Source of the DNA: an uncultured virus (IMG/VR IMGVR_UViG_3300042559_002108)
Taxonomy: Duplodnaviria > Heunggongvirae > Uroviricota > Caudoviricetes
IMG/VR virus record: IMGVR_UViG_3300042559_002108
Direction: 5' to 3' (one strand)
Length of the DNA stretch: 64,000 bases
Shown: one piece after another, positions 25,515-39,377 of the stretch
Layout: each line of letters opens with the position of its first letter
How positions within the stretch are numbered: position 1 is the first letter of the stretch
Position numbers and translations under genes: made by a program
The notes under the pieces: model-generated
What the model was told of the DNA's origin: nothing
Seen by the model: the letters and a program-made list of their open reading frames with translations, nothing else
Databases searched by the model: none

Positions 25515-28500
25515 CTAAAAAGAGCTAGCTACTTCTGAGTAGGGATCTCTACCTAATTGAGGGAGTCCTCTAGACATAGTACTGTTAATTGGTCCTTTAG
25601 CAACGGATCTTGCACTATTGCCAAAAGCTTCTATCTGATTTCTTGAACCTTCAATGTGAACTGAATATCCAACTCCTGGTTTATAACCCGAGAACATAGA
25701 AGCATCTGGTATCTGAGGGGTTCTTTGAGGAAGAGTTTCATATGCTGATCCACCTGGCAAAAGTGGTGGACCTGATATTTCTTGTTCACCTCTATCTTTT
25801 GAACCAGAGTAAATAAAACTAGCTGCAATTAAACCTACTGCAGCATAGGCTGATTTTTTTACTATTGGATTATCAAATGCTTCACCAAGTTTTCCATCTC
25901 TCCATGAGTCTGTCAACCTTTTATATTTTCCACGATTTGCTTGAGCTAAATTAGTAAGATCATCCTCTTGATCAGACTCAGTTAGTCCAGACAAAACCCT
26001 AGACCTAACATCTTGATCTATGCCTTTGTCGTCTAAATCGATTCCACCAGTCCCAGAATAAGATAAGATATCTTCCATCCCGGTATCTTTAAGATATCTT
26101 CTTGCATTAGAAAATTGTAATATTCTTCTAGAAATAAGTAATGTGTCTTCATCTAGACCCATCTTAGCTAGTCCAGTTTCTGATTCAGAGGCGGCAATAA
26201 AAGCTGCTGCAAGTCTGTGGTCATCAGAAACTCTCGATGTATTCATTCTTACATGTGATTCTAGAACATCTCTTGATTGTCTTAAGATATCTGCTCTGTC
26301 TTGCGGACTCATTGCATTAGCTTGAGCTATCATGTCATCTAGTTGATTTGCTAAAGATTCTATATTTTCTTGCTTTCTTAAGAACTTTAACTCTCTTGCT
26401 CTTTGAGATCCATAAACTAAATTTTTAATATCATTTTCGTCACCAGTTCCACTTAGTAATCCTTCGTAACCCCTTGTGCCTCTAAATCTAGATGTATTAG
26501 AAAGTCTCTCCATATTATCCAATATGTCTTGAACTGTAGTATTTTGAGTTCCTTGCACGCCAGCATAAATCATAGACCTTAGCTGCTCTCCTATTTGTTG
26601 CTTCTTTAATAGGCCCTCATAAATAAAACTCTCTGATTCAGCTCCAGTCTTAGCTGATATATTCGACAAAACATCTTCACTTTCAGCAGATAGTCTTGAA
26701 TATTCGTTAAGTATATTTTCAGCTATTGTAGTAGCTTCTCTAGAGGTATTAATCTCTCCAAGATATTGAGTTGTCCTTCTTGCATTTACCGAATCAGACA
26801 ATGCGTCCACAGCATCTTTATTATTTTTTCCAATTTTAGCCATAGCACTTGCGTGAGCAAATTTGCTATCAGTTGCCATTCCAGCTATTCTTATAACCTG
26901 TTCATTTAATTCTGAAGAATCGTTTGCTTTTTTAGCTAAATCAATTTCAGAGATGTAACTCTTCATTGCTTCATTTGTTTGAAGCGTGTTTCCTGCTTCC
27001 TTAACAAATCCTTCTCTTAATGAATCAATTGCCATATTTAAAGCGTCTGGACTTTTAAGTCTTGCTTTAATAAATTCTGGATCTATTCCAGCAAGGTCTT
27101 CTCCGGACATTCCAGCCTCAAGTGCCATTGCCCTAAGTCTTCCTATTCTTTCGAACTTAGCCTGTATTGCTGCGTCAGCAACATTTTGCGAAAGTGATTT
27201 TCCATCTTGATAACCCTTTTGCTTAAGAATTCTTTCAACTGCAAGAGTTGCTTCTGGTCCATTGTTATCCATAAGCTCTTTTAGAACCTGGTATTGATTA
27301 CCTACTGCAGCTTCTCCAAGAAGATATTGATCTCCAGAAAGATTAGTTACAATATCAACTACATCAGATGGGGAAATAATTCCTGCGGTTGTTTTAGATA
27401 TTATGTCATCAACTCTAGATCCTAAGCCTTTAGCTCTTAGCTTATCAACAATGTTCTGTTCTTGATCAGATGAAGCTGTTGCTATTAACATCTTGTTAAT
27501 GTACTGACCAATATTTTCTTTTTTAGAAAGAGCTTCTATAGCTTTTTTCTGGTAGTCAGACTCAATAATAGCTTGAAGCTTTCTTGCTTTGCGACCACTT
27601 GATGTACTTAGTGCTTCTCCTATTTCTTCTTGGGTATATATTTTTCCTGTTTGATCACCAAAAAATTGTCTTAATTCTGATTGTGTTTCATCAAGAAAAT
27701 TAAACTTTCCTGCCTCTTTAAATACTCTCAATATAGACCCGTAGTTATATTGATTAACTAAAAATTGTTCATCAACAAACTTAGAACCTTTTGATATTAA
27801 TTCTTCTACTTTTTCTTTTGTCAATTCAAGAGGGGAGGCTACACCTCCTCCTTCTCTTCTTAGCATTTCCATGATTTGGTCATCATGTTTAATAAGTTGT
27901 TTTGTATATAAACCTTTTGTTTCTGCTCCAGACATTAACTTTAAAATTGCATCCTCTACTGAGCCAGCTTTGTCTGGTCGATTAACTAAATCAGACTCTG
28001 CTAAATTGGCTAGTAGTATGTCTATGCTTTTTTTGTCCGTACCTTTAGCTGTCAATGAGCGGTTAATTAAATCAAAAATTTGATCTTGATCTTTTACCGA
28101 ATCTAATTGCTCCATAAGGGCATCGTTATTTTCTAAAAACATTTTAATGGTATCAGAAGAACCAAATTTTGGCATTGCAAAAATAAATTCTGCTGGTCCA
28201 GTTGGCTGACGAAATATAAATGTACTTAACCTTTGATTTCCACTAGCATCTTGAAAGACCCTGGGCATAACTATGCCTTCGTCGTCTAAGTCGAATCCAC
28301 CAAGAGCGTGTTTAAATTTAAGTGCAGCGTTTCCAGCAAACAACATTTTATGACCTTGCATTTGAAATTCAAGAGCATCTATTGCTTGTCCTTTAACATT
28401 AATAGACCTTCTTCCAGAGCCTAATATTGGCCCAAGTGTATTTGCGCTTGTTCTTCCACCGTAGAATGACTGTTCGGTATCAATAGCTACTCTAAATGCA

Positions 28501-30369
28501 TCTTCTAATGCTGGCTGAAAGAATCCATCTTTTTCTCTATATAAATTTGATTGAACTTCTTTAAATAGATAATTAAAAAGCTGAGGCATTGTTCTTATGT
28601 CTAGACCACTTTCAATGGCGCCCTTTAACTCCCTCATGTACAGTCTTTGTCTTTCAGCGCTTGATCTTTTTGCTGCTGGAAGTTCTGATAGATTTTTTTC
28701 AGCTCCTTCAAAAATTTGTTTTCTTAGAACTGGGCTAATTTCTCCGGTTTCTAATGCAGATTGAAGAGAATTTATTACTCTTGTAGTTCTTCTATTTTGA
28801 GCTTCACGAGTAGTTTCATTGTTAAAAACATTTCCATGAAACGCTGGAGCAAGTGGATCGTAAAAAACTTTTGAGCTTGGATCTCCCTGAAGAACTAAGT
28901 TTATAGAACTTGTTTGTCCGCATGATTGCAGTCTCACGTTTTACTGCTACGTCTGTAGTAATTAATGCATACTTACTTAGTGGACCTCTAAGATTAGCTT
29001 GATCAACAACTGCTTTAACCATTCTTGGAGTATTATTATCTTGAAAAAATATTCTGCTAGTTATTGCTTGAAAATTATCTGGAGTCATGTTTTGAAGCTG
29101 TGATCTTAGTTCTGTAATTCTAGATTCTATCTGAGGACTGCTACTACCAGATCTTACTGCAGCTTCTAGTGCAGTTAACTCTGACCTCATTTGTTTTGAC
29201 ATTGCATTAAAAACTTTTGAATTTATAACTGAAGTTCCGTCATACTGGGATTCAAAAGCACTTTCTAAAATTGATTTCATACTTTTAACTTGGTCATCTT
29301 GAGAATCTACTCCAGATAATATTGACTGAAGAGCAGCAGAACCTCTAGCACTAACTTTTCCTTGTTTATCTAAGAAAGTTGTTGTTTTAAGTGTTTCAGT
29401 TAAATCTTCAAAATTAACAATTCCACCATAAAAAGCTTTTTGTTCTTCGTCTAATCCTTGCATTAAAAACTGTGATTTTAAAGAATCTGATTTGTTTATG
29501 TTAGCAAAATTAGGATCGTTTATTAGTCTTTCGTAGTTCTGAGTAATCTGAGAAAGATCTTTGGAAACATTAAATATTTTTACATTTGTTTCATTTAATG
29601 AATCACCTTGTATTCCAGCTAGTCCTAACATTTCTTTTAATTGGTCTCCAGCTAAAGAAATATCCCTAAGACCTATTGCTCCTCTAACTCTTTTTCCAAC
29701 TTTAGAAAATAATGAACCAGTTTTTCCGCTTTGAAGAGATTTAATTAACTCTTCTCTACCAAATATTCCACCAACATCGTCAGACGTAAGACTAAACAAT
29801 TCAGATATTTGCTTAAAAGACAATGCAGCACCTTTGCCTGGATCACCAACAAAAACTTTTAGTAAGTTAAATTCACCGTCATCTGGAATTACAACACCTT
29901 CTTTAATCTTATTACTTATTTGAGTATTGCCTTGTACTGATCTAAATGTTCCAATCTCAAAATATAATTTAGATGGATCGGATATTCCAAGCTCTGTTAA
30001 TGTATTTTGTGATAGAGTTCCAAGTCTTTTTTGTATGTCGATAAGCCTTTGTTCCATTCCACCAAGACCCCTCATATTTAATGATGAGTCTTCAAGCCTT
30101 CCGGTTAACCTTGTAAAAGTCGTAACCCCATCTGTACTGGCTTTATTAAAAGCTTCTCTTACTGTAGAAAAAGCTTCACCTGTTCTAGCGTAAACAAACT
30201 TAACAACACCATCAATAACATCTGCTTTTACAATTCCACCTAGACCATACATCGTTCCACTTAGAGCTCGCTGATGCATAGCTAGGTTAACTGGATTGTA
30301 AGTGGTGTCTGGCAATGAGTTAAGAGACACATTAGTATTTGCTCTTTGCCCTTTAAGAAAATCAAACAT
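25515..30369 (-). CDS. Large helical virion protein (tape-measure/ejection-like), ~1617 aa after one +1 shift
   Basis: The 515-aa and 1140-aa ORFs join at ATG-C-GGA. There is a C-terminal hydrophobic segment 'AYAAVGLIAASFIYS'. Confidence 0.55.
28917..28920 (-). other. CGG(N) +1 recoding site 7 (ATG-C-GGA)
   Basis: In-frame CGG inside the overlap of the two ORFs. Confidence 0.8.
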
Positions 30370-30370
30370 A

Positions 30371-33300
30371 CTAAACTAACCTAAGGTTTGAGAATATATT
30401 TACTTCGCTTGATCCATATGGATTTCTATTTGCGTTCACGCTTCCTGAAACACCCATTCTTGACATCATTGCTCTTAACTCTGCTCCAACATCTTCTTCT
30501 TTTGTATTTTCAAAGAATGATGGATATGAAGGATTAGTAAGATCAGCTTCTTTTATCTGTTGTGGATAGTAACCCATTTGAGACATTTCAAGACCCATCT
30601 GCTGACCCATTTTAATTTTAACATGTTCTAAATTGGTATTTGGATGCCAGCCTTCCCAGTGTTGATCTGGAAGTTCATGCCTACTAAAATATTCAGCTAA
30701 ATCTGGTTTTTCTTCTACCTTCATACCCCATGCAGTTTGATAGATTCTTCTCTCTAATCTTCCTGCTGTAGAAAGTATTCTTTCTCTTTGCTCTGGATCA
30801 GTTTCTTGAACCATTGCTTTAAAGTGTTCTCTTTTTCTTTTTGGAACAGCTAATGATATATTCTCAACAGAAAAATTTTCTAAACTAGCACCATACATTG
30901 TTCTTTTTGCTGCAGACTGAAATGTGGCAGCAGAAGCTGAATCCCCTGATGCTTGGTACTTTGAAGCTAAACTTGTATTTTTAACATATCCTAATATATC
31001 AATATATTCTTCTAAGGCTATTTCTTTTACTCTAGCTTCTGGCATTACTCTTTGACCTGTTAATGCTTCAGTTATATTACCTTTTGCTGATGCTGCAAAA
31101 CCAGCCATTCCACCAACGATTGATCCAACAGTTTTGCCTGGTGCAGTTCTACCAAAAAGAGATCCCGCAGCACCAGTGGCCAACGTAGCAGTAATTGGAT
31201 CTCTTTGGGAAGCTCTATTCAATAGGGGTTCTATAAAACTTTCGTATGGTCTTTGCCATTCTGGAAAAGTTGCTCCATAAACATTTTTTCTTTCCCAATC
31301 TTCTACTGCAGTTCTTTTTTGTAGAAATTTAGTATTAAAAAAAGTATCCCTGTGAGCTATATATTCACCAGCTCTGTTTAAAGTGTGTAGAGCGGGATTC
31401 ATCCCCATTTCTTCTGGAGTTGTACCCTTATACTTATAAGGACTGAATTGATACTTGGTAGTTGTGTCTTCTACCTGTCCTCTTATCTCGTCAACTTTTA
31501 TTCTTTCTGCCGGAGATAAATCACCCATTTTTATAGTTCTATTTAAAGATCTAAATTGAGTTGAATAAGGCGCAACATCGGCTAATATGTCTAACTGATT
31601 TACCTTACCATACCTTCCTGTTTCATCTCCATATAAAGTATTAAATCTTTCATAGCCTGTTCCAGGAAGTCTTATTTCACCCTCTTGAACCTTAGTGTAT
31701 GGGTCACCTCTAGTAAAGTCAGTAAAATAATCTGCGCCTGGAAGGAAAGGATATTGTTGACCCATTGTATTTTTAATTGGGTTTAAGTAGGTAACGTCAT
31801 TTCTTTCTTTTGGTATGAATCTTCTAACTATTTCAGAAATTTCAATATTACCCATTGGCCCTTCGCCAGCAGTTGGAAGGTCGCCTAAACCACCAAGGTT
31901 CAAATCCCAAAAAGCTCTAGTAGTACCGTACCCTTTAGAGGCTGATTGAAGTACAGATACTTGAGGAGACATATCTTGATTTCCAAAACCAAGGCCCTCT
32001 CTAAGAGATCCAAATGCAAATCCATAGATACCAGCTGTTTCTTGAAGTCTATAACCTAGCTCGCTTGCTTGAAACTGAGTTGACCCATAGGATATGGGTT
32101 CACCAACAGGAATAATATTTGGAGGAATAATTCCTGATACCTTTGGAGGACCATAAGAAATTCCACTTCTTAATTGCTGGTTATAAGCGCCTATTTGACC
32201 AAGAACAGCTCTTGATGCAGTTGCAGTTGGCCCTGCTGCGTCAACCATTCTTGCGTTAATTTGCCCTATGTCATCATTTCCACCATATGCAAAACCCCCA
32301 GACGCCTGCATTGATAACGTGTAGGAACCCTGTGATGCTGGAGTATTTAACGCTGTAACTTTTCCTGAAGTTAATAATCCAGCAGAGTTGTAGGCACCTC
32401 TTTCTCCTGCTGGAACATAGTTAGCTAAAGCAGCATTAGTTTCTCTTTCATGCATCTGAACTTGTGGTTTTAATAATCTTCCTATTGTAAGATTTGCAAC
32501 AGATGTAGCTGGACCAAATGGCCCAGTAAAGTATTCTCCAGTTACAGGATAAGGTCTATCAGAATAATTTTCTCTTTCAAATCTATATGGATCAAGAGGT
32601 CTAAGTGGAGAAAAGTCATACCCAAAAGCCAGTTTTTCTATTGGACTTTCAAATGCAGATTCCGGAGTATATGCACTTCCTTCGGCTAATTTTCTATAAT
32701 AAGAAGGTCTATAGTAGAGTACTTTTCCACCCTGAAATGGAGTAGTTCCAAGTGGCCAATATCTTCCTTGCCTAATTGGAACTTCGCCTTCAAGTAATTG
32801 CTCTTTTTTCTCTTCATACGACATTCCCCCTGGTATTAGGCCTGCACCGATTGATTGGCCCTCTACGGCGATTCTAGCAGCCTTTGTGGTGAAGAACGGA
32901 GAGTAAACCCTGTTGCCTTTTTCATCTCTTTCGTTTACTGCTCCACCTATGGTTCTATCTACAGCTAGTGCTGTTGCTCCAACGGCAGTAATTGGAAGAG
33001 CTCTTTTTGCAATCATTCCACGCATATAAAGATCTACCGGACCGCCATACTGACTTTGGTCAAGTTGCATGCCGAATGTTCCAAAGTATTTATTCAGTCT
33101 TCCAAACATATGAGACATTGGAATAGAACCACTTGAGAAGTTTTCTGGATTTTTATAAGTTCCAAATCCTAGTGCACTTTTTGTTGCTCCAAATGGATCT
33201 CTTGAAAAAGCTGTTCCAAAAGTTGGAAGCATAGTATAACTTTGACCAGAACCCAAAAGGTTAACTGACATGTCATTTAATTCATAAGGTGCAGTTCCAA

Positions 33301-36300
33301 ATTTACTGCTTAAAGATGGTAGAACTCTTGAAAGAGGTCTTCTGATCGATGTGTCAACCATGGACACTTGACCCTTATTGAATACATTAAATAATGATCT
33401 TATTTCTTCATTATTCTCAGAAAGGTTTAGCACCTTTCTTAATGCGCTAGCTGCATTCTGTGTTGCTGTTTTTTCTCCAGCAAAGCTTGTAAATGCAGAA
33501 AAGTTGAACAAGGTAGATATAGCATAAGCTCTTGCTTCGACTGCAGCGTCTAAGCCTATTTTGCCCTGTGATTGAAGATCTCTAGTAATTTTAGATACTT
33601 GAGTAAATATGTCTTCAGTACTATGAGTTGCTCTAGAAGATGCAGGTGCTACCTGTCTTAGCATTTGATTTTTTTGAGCTATGTATCTGAATATTTCGTT
33701 TTTTGCTTTATCGACATTAATTTCAGGTGAGTCAAGATACTTTTCAATTCTAGAAAAAGATCCTTGAAATTGCCTTACGTCAAAATCTCCACTGCGCAAA
33801 GTGGAGATAGTTGGAGATTGATCAAGTTTTAAAGACCTTACTGACTGTCTAACATCTTCACCACTAGCTATGGAACTTGTTTTTACTCCAGCTGATGTAA
33901 ATAAATCAGGTACATCATCTTCAAGTTTCTTCATTATCTTTTGATTTATATTAAACTTGAATGTGCTTTTTCTAAATGACTCAACAGCTTTTAATACTTC
34001 GGATTGGTTATACCTTATACTTCCAGATTCGTCAGTAATATTTAAAGAATTTTTATCAAGAGTAAGTTTTGATTTTTTAACACCTCTGCCATAAGAAAGA
34101 CTTTGTTCTTTAGAGGAAATAATTTGTGAAATTATTCTACTATTGTTAATGTCAGAAGCTCTGTCTTTAAATCTTCTACCAAGTCTAAATAAAGAGTTAG
34201 GTTGTTCTGCATCTATATCAAATGCTTTTTTAAACCTAGAAAATTTACCTACTTGACCACCAACTTGATCGACTCTTTCGCCAGCCATCCCTGTTGCATT
34301 TCTGGCTTCACGGCTAAATATTTCTGTACTAGAAGAAGGAATTGGCCTATAGAGACCAGCTAAGTCTTTTATTCTTCTATCACCAAAAGCTCCACCAAAT
34401 TCTGTAAGAGTTCCTCTTGTTCCTTTGTTCTTATTTAAGAGAAAAAAGTCTGGCCTAGATTGGCCCTGAGGGACAAATGGCTGAACTGATCTTGAGCTTA
34501 CATACTGCAGCATTGGAGAATTTCTTGCATCAGCAAGAGATCTCGCACCTAGCATGTCAGCTGGGTTAAATCCAACAATAGGTATTTTAAAATCAGAAGC
34601 TATAAAATCTTTTGCTCTAGTTAAAACATTGGAAACTTGAGTAAAGTCTAGTATTTCTCCAGACCTAGTTTTATACATTCCTTTAATTGCACTTTGACCC
34701 ATTGTTTGAGTAGCACTGCCGAGACCTCCAGTTACTGGATCAAACGTTGCTTGAGCAGAAGCTATTTGTCTGATTGCAGCTTGTTGCTCTTCTGGAAGAT
34801 ATCTAAAGACTCCTCTTTCAAGAGCATCATCAACTAATACTGGTTTTAGTCCAAGAATATTAGATTGACCACCAAAGAATCCTGTTGATAATTTTCTTTG
34901 ATTAAGAAGAAAATCTCTCATGTATCCAAAGTCAGTTGGGTCTATTCCCTTTTTGGCGATGTCGGATCTTAGTACACTTGTCGATAATGACTTACCGGTT
35001 GAGTCAGTTAATTTAATTCCAAGAGTTTGTGCAGTTTTTCTAGTAAGGAAAGATTGTTTTCCTTCAGAAATATCTCCAATAAAATCAAGATAACTTTGTT
35101 TAGATGGCTTTAAGGTTTGTGATGCAGCTTGGGGTAGGTAACTAGATCTAACTTGATTCCAGTTAGATGCTATTTTTTGTGATAGATCCTTCCTGAACTC
35201 TTGGCTAAGAAACATGGAATCTATTTCTTTTATAGAGTCAGCTAAAGCGTTTCCGACTCCCTAATGCTTCTTGAAAATCTTTTCCACCTCTAACAGTTCT
35301 AAACTTTTCTAGAATGTCATCAAAGAAACCAGATGACTGGACTTCAATATCCATTGCATCATCAGTGAATGTAGATTTTCTACCTAAGGTTATTCTATTT
35401 GTAATGTCAGAAGGAGATCTTCTTGAAGGCAGTTGCTTAATGTCTATGTTGGCAACAAATCTATCCGCAAGAGTTTCATTTACTCCTTTTTCCTTGATTA
35501 AATGTCTAGCTAATTGATTTTTATATTCATCTTCTAATTGACCTTTATAAAACGTACTTCCCCTAAAGGCTTCATTTGAATAGCCTCCAGTTGTTAAGTC
35601 TCCTGGACCACCTCTACCTAGAGTGTGGTAACCTTGTGCAAACTTACTTAGTTTACTTGAATGTTGGGATTGAACGGCATTAATAGACTTTTGCAAAAGA
35701 TTTTCTGCACTAGTGGCATCTAATCCTTTTTGCTTTAGGTTTAGGGCATTATTAGATAAAGCGTCATCAAGAGCGCCTCTAGAAGAATATCCAAACTTTT
35801 GAACTATTTGACCAAGTGCAGCCTGTTCTGAAAGCCTGCCAGACACAACATCATGAGCAACTCCTAAAGCTTTAAATTGATTTTTTGCTACTACTGATCC
35901 AGATCTAAAACCCTTAAAACCTGGCATTGTATCAAGAATGCCAAGTCCATCATCTGATTCTCCAGTAAAAAAACCTCTAGCTCTTGCTGTGTTAACTTTT
36001 AGTCTATTTTTTGGATTCTTATTATAAGCTTCTTGAGCTGCTACTGAGGCGCCATGTCTAGCTGCCTTTAAACTTTGAACAAACTCTGGTTGCGAGTTTT
36101 TTACTTCGCCAATCCCAGCGGCAAAAGCTCCAGATGTTTGTGAAGATAACTTTAATGCCTTACCTGTTATATTAGATATATCTTGCCCAACTTCTGCAAG
36201 TAGGGATCTTAGATCAATTGCTGTATTTGCAGCTTTTCTTTGTAGCGGGGATAGAGCCCTGAGGTCTTCCATTGAAGAAGCAAAAGTTGTTAAAGAACTT

Positions 36301-37070
36301 CTGCCTGCAGAACCAGCTGCACCTATTGCCTCAAATGGCAACATCATTGTTGTTAAGTTTATTGTTGATTGTTTAACAAAATCGCTTATTACGTCTGCGG
36401 GGTTGTACCATTTAAGTCTTGGTTTATCTTGATCCTCACCAAATAGTGGATCTATTACTGCCCTCTGCGTAGCATACATTGCCGGGAGTTCATATGGGAG
36501 CCTTCTTGCTAGACTAACCATCCTAGTTTGTATGTCGTCCCTAAGCGTCCATACTTCCGCTGACTCAGATGTTCTTCCTCTGCCAGTTGTTCTTCTTCCA
36601 TCTGCGCTTATTGGTCTTCTAAAGTATCTTCCAGAAAGCTTAGGGTCATAACCAGTAGTAAGTTTTCCATCTACTTCATGAACTACTTTTGAATACGGGT
36701 CATCAACTCCGTCTATAGTTCTAGATACTCCACCTAGTTCATCAAAAGCCTCACGTAAATCTCTAACAGATTTAACAAGCCTTGTTGAAGTGGCATTAGT
36801 TCTTCCTGCCCCTACAGCTTTATCTGAAGCTGACTGCAGAGATTGACCAAGTCTAAGTCCAGCACCTCTTGAGACTCTTGAGGCTATTGTAGTAGCAACC
36901 ATTGTAGTTGCTGCTGCTCCCAAGAATCTCATTATTGGGTGTTGATCTAAAGCTTTTGCTATGTAACCAGAATTAGGACTAGGGGTTTCTGTTTCCCCTT
37001 CCTTGGAAGGCATGTCTCTTGATGAGACGCCGTATCCTATATTTTGAATAGGTCCTTTGTCCCTAAACAT
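30371..37070 (-). CDS. Tape-measure-like protein, ~2232 aa after one +1 shift
   Basis: Directly downstream of two chaperone-like genes; rich in Ala/Gly helices. The 610-aa and 1614-aa ORFs join at AGT-C-GGA (...EALGS-GNALADSIKEIDS-MFLSQ). Confidence 0.6.
35252..35255 (-). other. CGG(N) +1 recoding site 8 (AGT-C-GGA)
   Basis: The 0-frame stop TGA comes five codons after CGG, and the +1 frame is open into the 1614-aa ORF. Confidence 0.8.
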
Positions 37071-37083
37071 TTAATCCTCCTGA

Positions 37084-37713
37084 TTAAATTGATCCCCATA
37101 ATTTTTTTGCCACAGGATCTTGGTAAACAGCTTCGCCTTCTTTTTTCAGAGCATTATAATTAGCTGCTCTTGCTTTTTCTTTTTCGATCTCTTCTTCTGG
37201 ATCTATTAGATCAAGCCTCATGTCTGATGATTGGATTCCATTCATTGTCTGAGTTACTTCTATAATTTTCTCAGCTAAAGCAACTTTATCTGCTAACTGA
37301 GAAAAGGTCATATTGTCTAGATCTTCTGGAGAATATGAATGTATAGTAGCTAGAACAAAGGCTTTCATTAAAGTTCTTACTTGACCAGCATTAGATCTTT
37401 TTTCATCTAATATTTTTTTTGCTGCTTTAGCTGAGGCAAAACCAGACCCGTCTAGTATTTCTTGAGAAAGACTTGATACTGCGCCAGCTGGAATTCTGTC
37501 AAGGGCTTTTAGATCAGGGTAAACAAGGGTTGCTTCTAAAATTTTATCTTCTGAATCTGCTGAAGAAAAATATCCACCATCTTGGATTTTTATTATATCA
37601 TCAAATTCTTTAAACGTTAGTTCCCTGAAAAGCAGGTCGATCCCCTTAATGCTAATTGCAAAAAGGGGACCGTACTTTAGCTTAAGTTCTATGAGAACTT
37701 CGGGATCTATCAT
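37084..37713 (-). CDS. Tail assembly chaperone-like protein 2
   Basis: Paralogous to its neighbour (LLFRELTFKEF...LSQEILDGSGF); lies between the tube genes and the tape measure. Confidence 0.6.
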   Translation of the reverse strand: MIDPEVLIELKLKYGPLFAISIKGIDLLFRELTFKEFDDIIKIQDGGYFSSADSEDKILEATLVYPDLKALDRIPAGAVSSLSQEILDGSGFASAKAAKKILDEKRSNAGQVRTLMKAFVLATIHSYSPEDLDNMTFSQLADKVALAEKIIEVTQTMNGIQSSDMRLDLIDPEEEIEKEKARAANYNALKKEGEAVYQDPVAKKLWGSI

Positions 37714-38247
37714 TTATAACTGACGAACCTCAAGAGCAACGAAGCCTGATGCTTCTAGAATTTCTTGAGAAAGAAGAGATGGCAATCCTGCCATTTCGTT
37801 TGAAAGAGCCATTCTATCATAGGCTGGGAATAACAAGCATATTTCGGTAATGGCTTCTTCGTTCCAAAGGTTGGCTTCTGCTGAAGAAAGCTGACCAGCT
37901 TGAACAAGCTGCTCCATCTTTTTTACTAGCTGCTTGTATTCATTTCTTGTAAGAGTTCTCCATACAATATGTTTATCATATGTAATTGAAGTTACGTATA
38001 CATCTCCGTGAAGGCTTTTCCAATTTTTAATCTGACCAGCATTGGGTCCGCCTTCCCATATCTCTTCATTATCATCTAAGTCTTCGACTTTCATCGAAGC
38101 ATTATCGTCATTAGGTTCTTCTGTTACATTTTCGCCTACATACTCTTGATCTGCATCTTCGGTAGACATGATCTTGTAATCATCAAAACCGTATTCATCT
38201 CTCGTAGCCTCATCTGTAGTGATAACTACTTTTTTTTCATTTGACAT
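37714..38247 (-). CDS. Tail assembly chaperone-like protein 1
   Basis: Contains 'QIKNWKSLHGDVY...IVWRTLTRNEYK...LSQEILEASGF'; synteny fits. Confidence 0.65.
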   Translation of the reverse strand: MSNEKKVVITTDEATRDEYGFDDYKIMSTEDADQEYVGENVTEEPNDDNASMKVEDLDDNEEIWEGGPNAGQIKNWKSLHGDVYVTSITYDKHIVWRTLTRNEYKQLVKKMEQLVQAGQLSSAEANLWNEEAITEICLLFPAYDRMALSNEMAGLPSLLSQEILEASGFVALEVRQL

Positions 38248-38327
38248 TAGTTACTCCTTTTGCGCATGGACTTGTCAATATACAATATATCATAATTTAA
38301 AATATAAACAAAATAAATAATATTTTA

Positions 38328-39377
38328 TTATAACTCAGAAGCAATGCGAGAAGCGCTTTTGGTTCCAGTCGTAATTGTTTCAGTCTTAGTGGTAGCTTTA
38401 GGGCTAGACTTAGACTGCTCTGATTCAGAATTGCTAGGCACTGATGCTCTTTGTCCTTTAAGTGGCTGATCGCCAGTATTTTTATCTGTAAAATAAAAGT
38501 CTCTTGCAATAAATTGATAATTTTCGACCAATGGCTGACCACCACTTGTGTATGACGTAGACATAGCAACTAGATTTACATTCTGTAAAACTATTTTCAT
38601 AGGACTGCTAATACTAGTAAAAGTTTTTCTTTCGTTAGTATCTGTTGCCATAATTCTATCTGAATTTAGCTGCCTATTAACCTCATTACCGGAAACGTAA
38701 GTGGCAATAGACGAATCTGTTACTGCACTTGATTCTAATCCATAGAATATTACCAAGTTAAATGGCGGATGAGCGCTGAAGATATTATGACTTGGATCAC
38801 CGGTGTCAACCATTGCATTCATCATTGGATCTGCAGTTATTCTATCTAATTCAGAGTTAAGCCAATATTTTTCAATATTTAATTCATCATCTTTTCTTGC
38901 AGCATCAACTCCAAGAGTAGAAATGACAGATCTAGAAGGGTTTGGATTAGAACTTTCGCTTCTTACCTTAGCTGCTTTTTCTAGCATCTCAGTCATTCTT
39001 CTTGGGTATCTAGAGTATATGGATAGCTCACCAGTAATTAGTCTGGTTCCGAGCATCATTGCATCATAGTTATATGACCAAAATCCATATAACGGTTGCT
39101 TCTCTTGCTTTACGACATATCCTAGAGCTGCAATATCCATTTCATCTGAATCATCAAACAGTCCATCAATATAAACTTTTACATCTTCGCCAGAAAAGAA
39201 GTAATCAAAATAGTTATTGAATTTTTGATCTTCTCTTGTTCCGCCCCACTCTAAGTCTATGGCAGCATTTAAAGGGTCAAAAAAATCTCTTCCGTCTTTA
39301 TCTCCAGTTTTTAAGTTATTAGGCATATAGGCAGTGAAGGGCCTATATGGGTTTCTTTTACTGGTTCTTTCTGCCAT
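38328..39377 (-). CDS. Tail tube-like protein (tube initiator/baseplate tube)
   Basis: Shares FSGEDV, GTRLITGEL, PPFNL and YQFIARD motifs with the tube paralogs. Confidence 0.65.
   Translation of the reverse strand: MAERTSKRNPYRPFTAYMPNNLKTGDKDGRDFFDPLNAAIDLEWGGTREDQKFNNYFDYFFSGEDVKVYIDGLFDDSDEMDIAALGYVVKQEKQPLYGFWSYNYDAMMLGTRLITGELSIYSRYPRRMTEMLEKAAKVRSESSNPNPSRSVISTLGVDAARKDDELNIEKYWLNSELDRITADPMMNAMVDTGDPSHNIFSAHPPFNLVIFYGLESSAVTDSSIATYVSGNEVNRQLNSDRIMATDTNERKTFTSISSPMKIVLQNVNLVAMSTSYTSGGQPLVENYQFIARDFYFTDKNTGDQPLKGQRASVPSNSESEQSKSSPKATTKTETITTGTKSASRIASEL

Noticed and set aside
28190..28310. 'GGFDLDDEG...FRQPTG' as a virion RNA polymerase active site
   Set aside because: It lacks an exact DxDGD, and RQP follows rather than precedes the acidic motif. 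A structure prediction would be needed to support the call.
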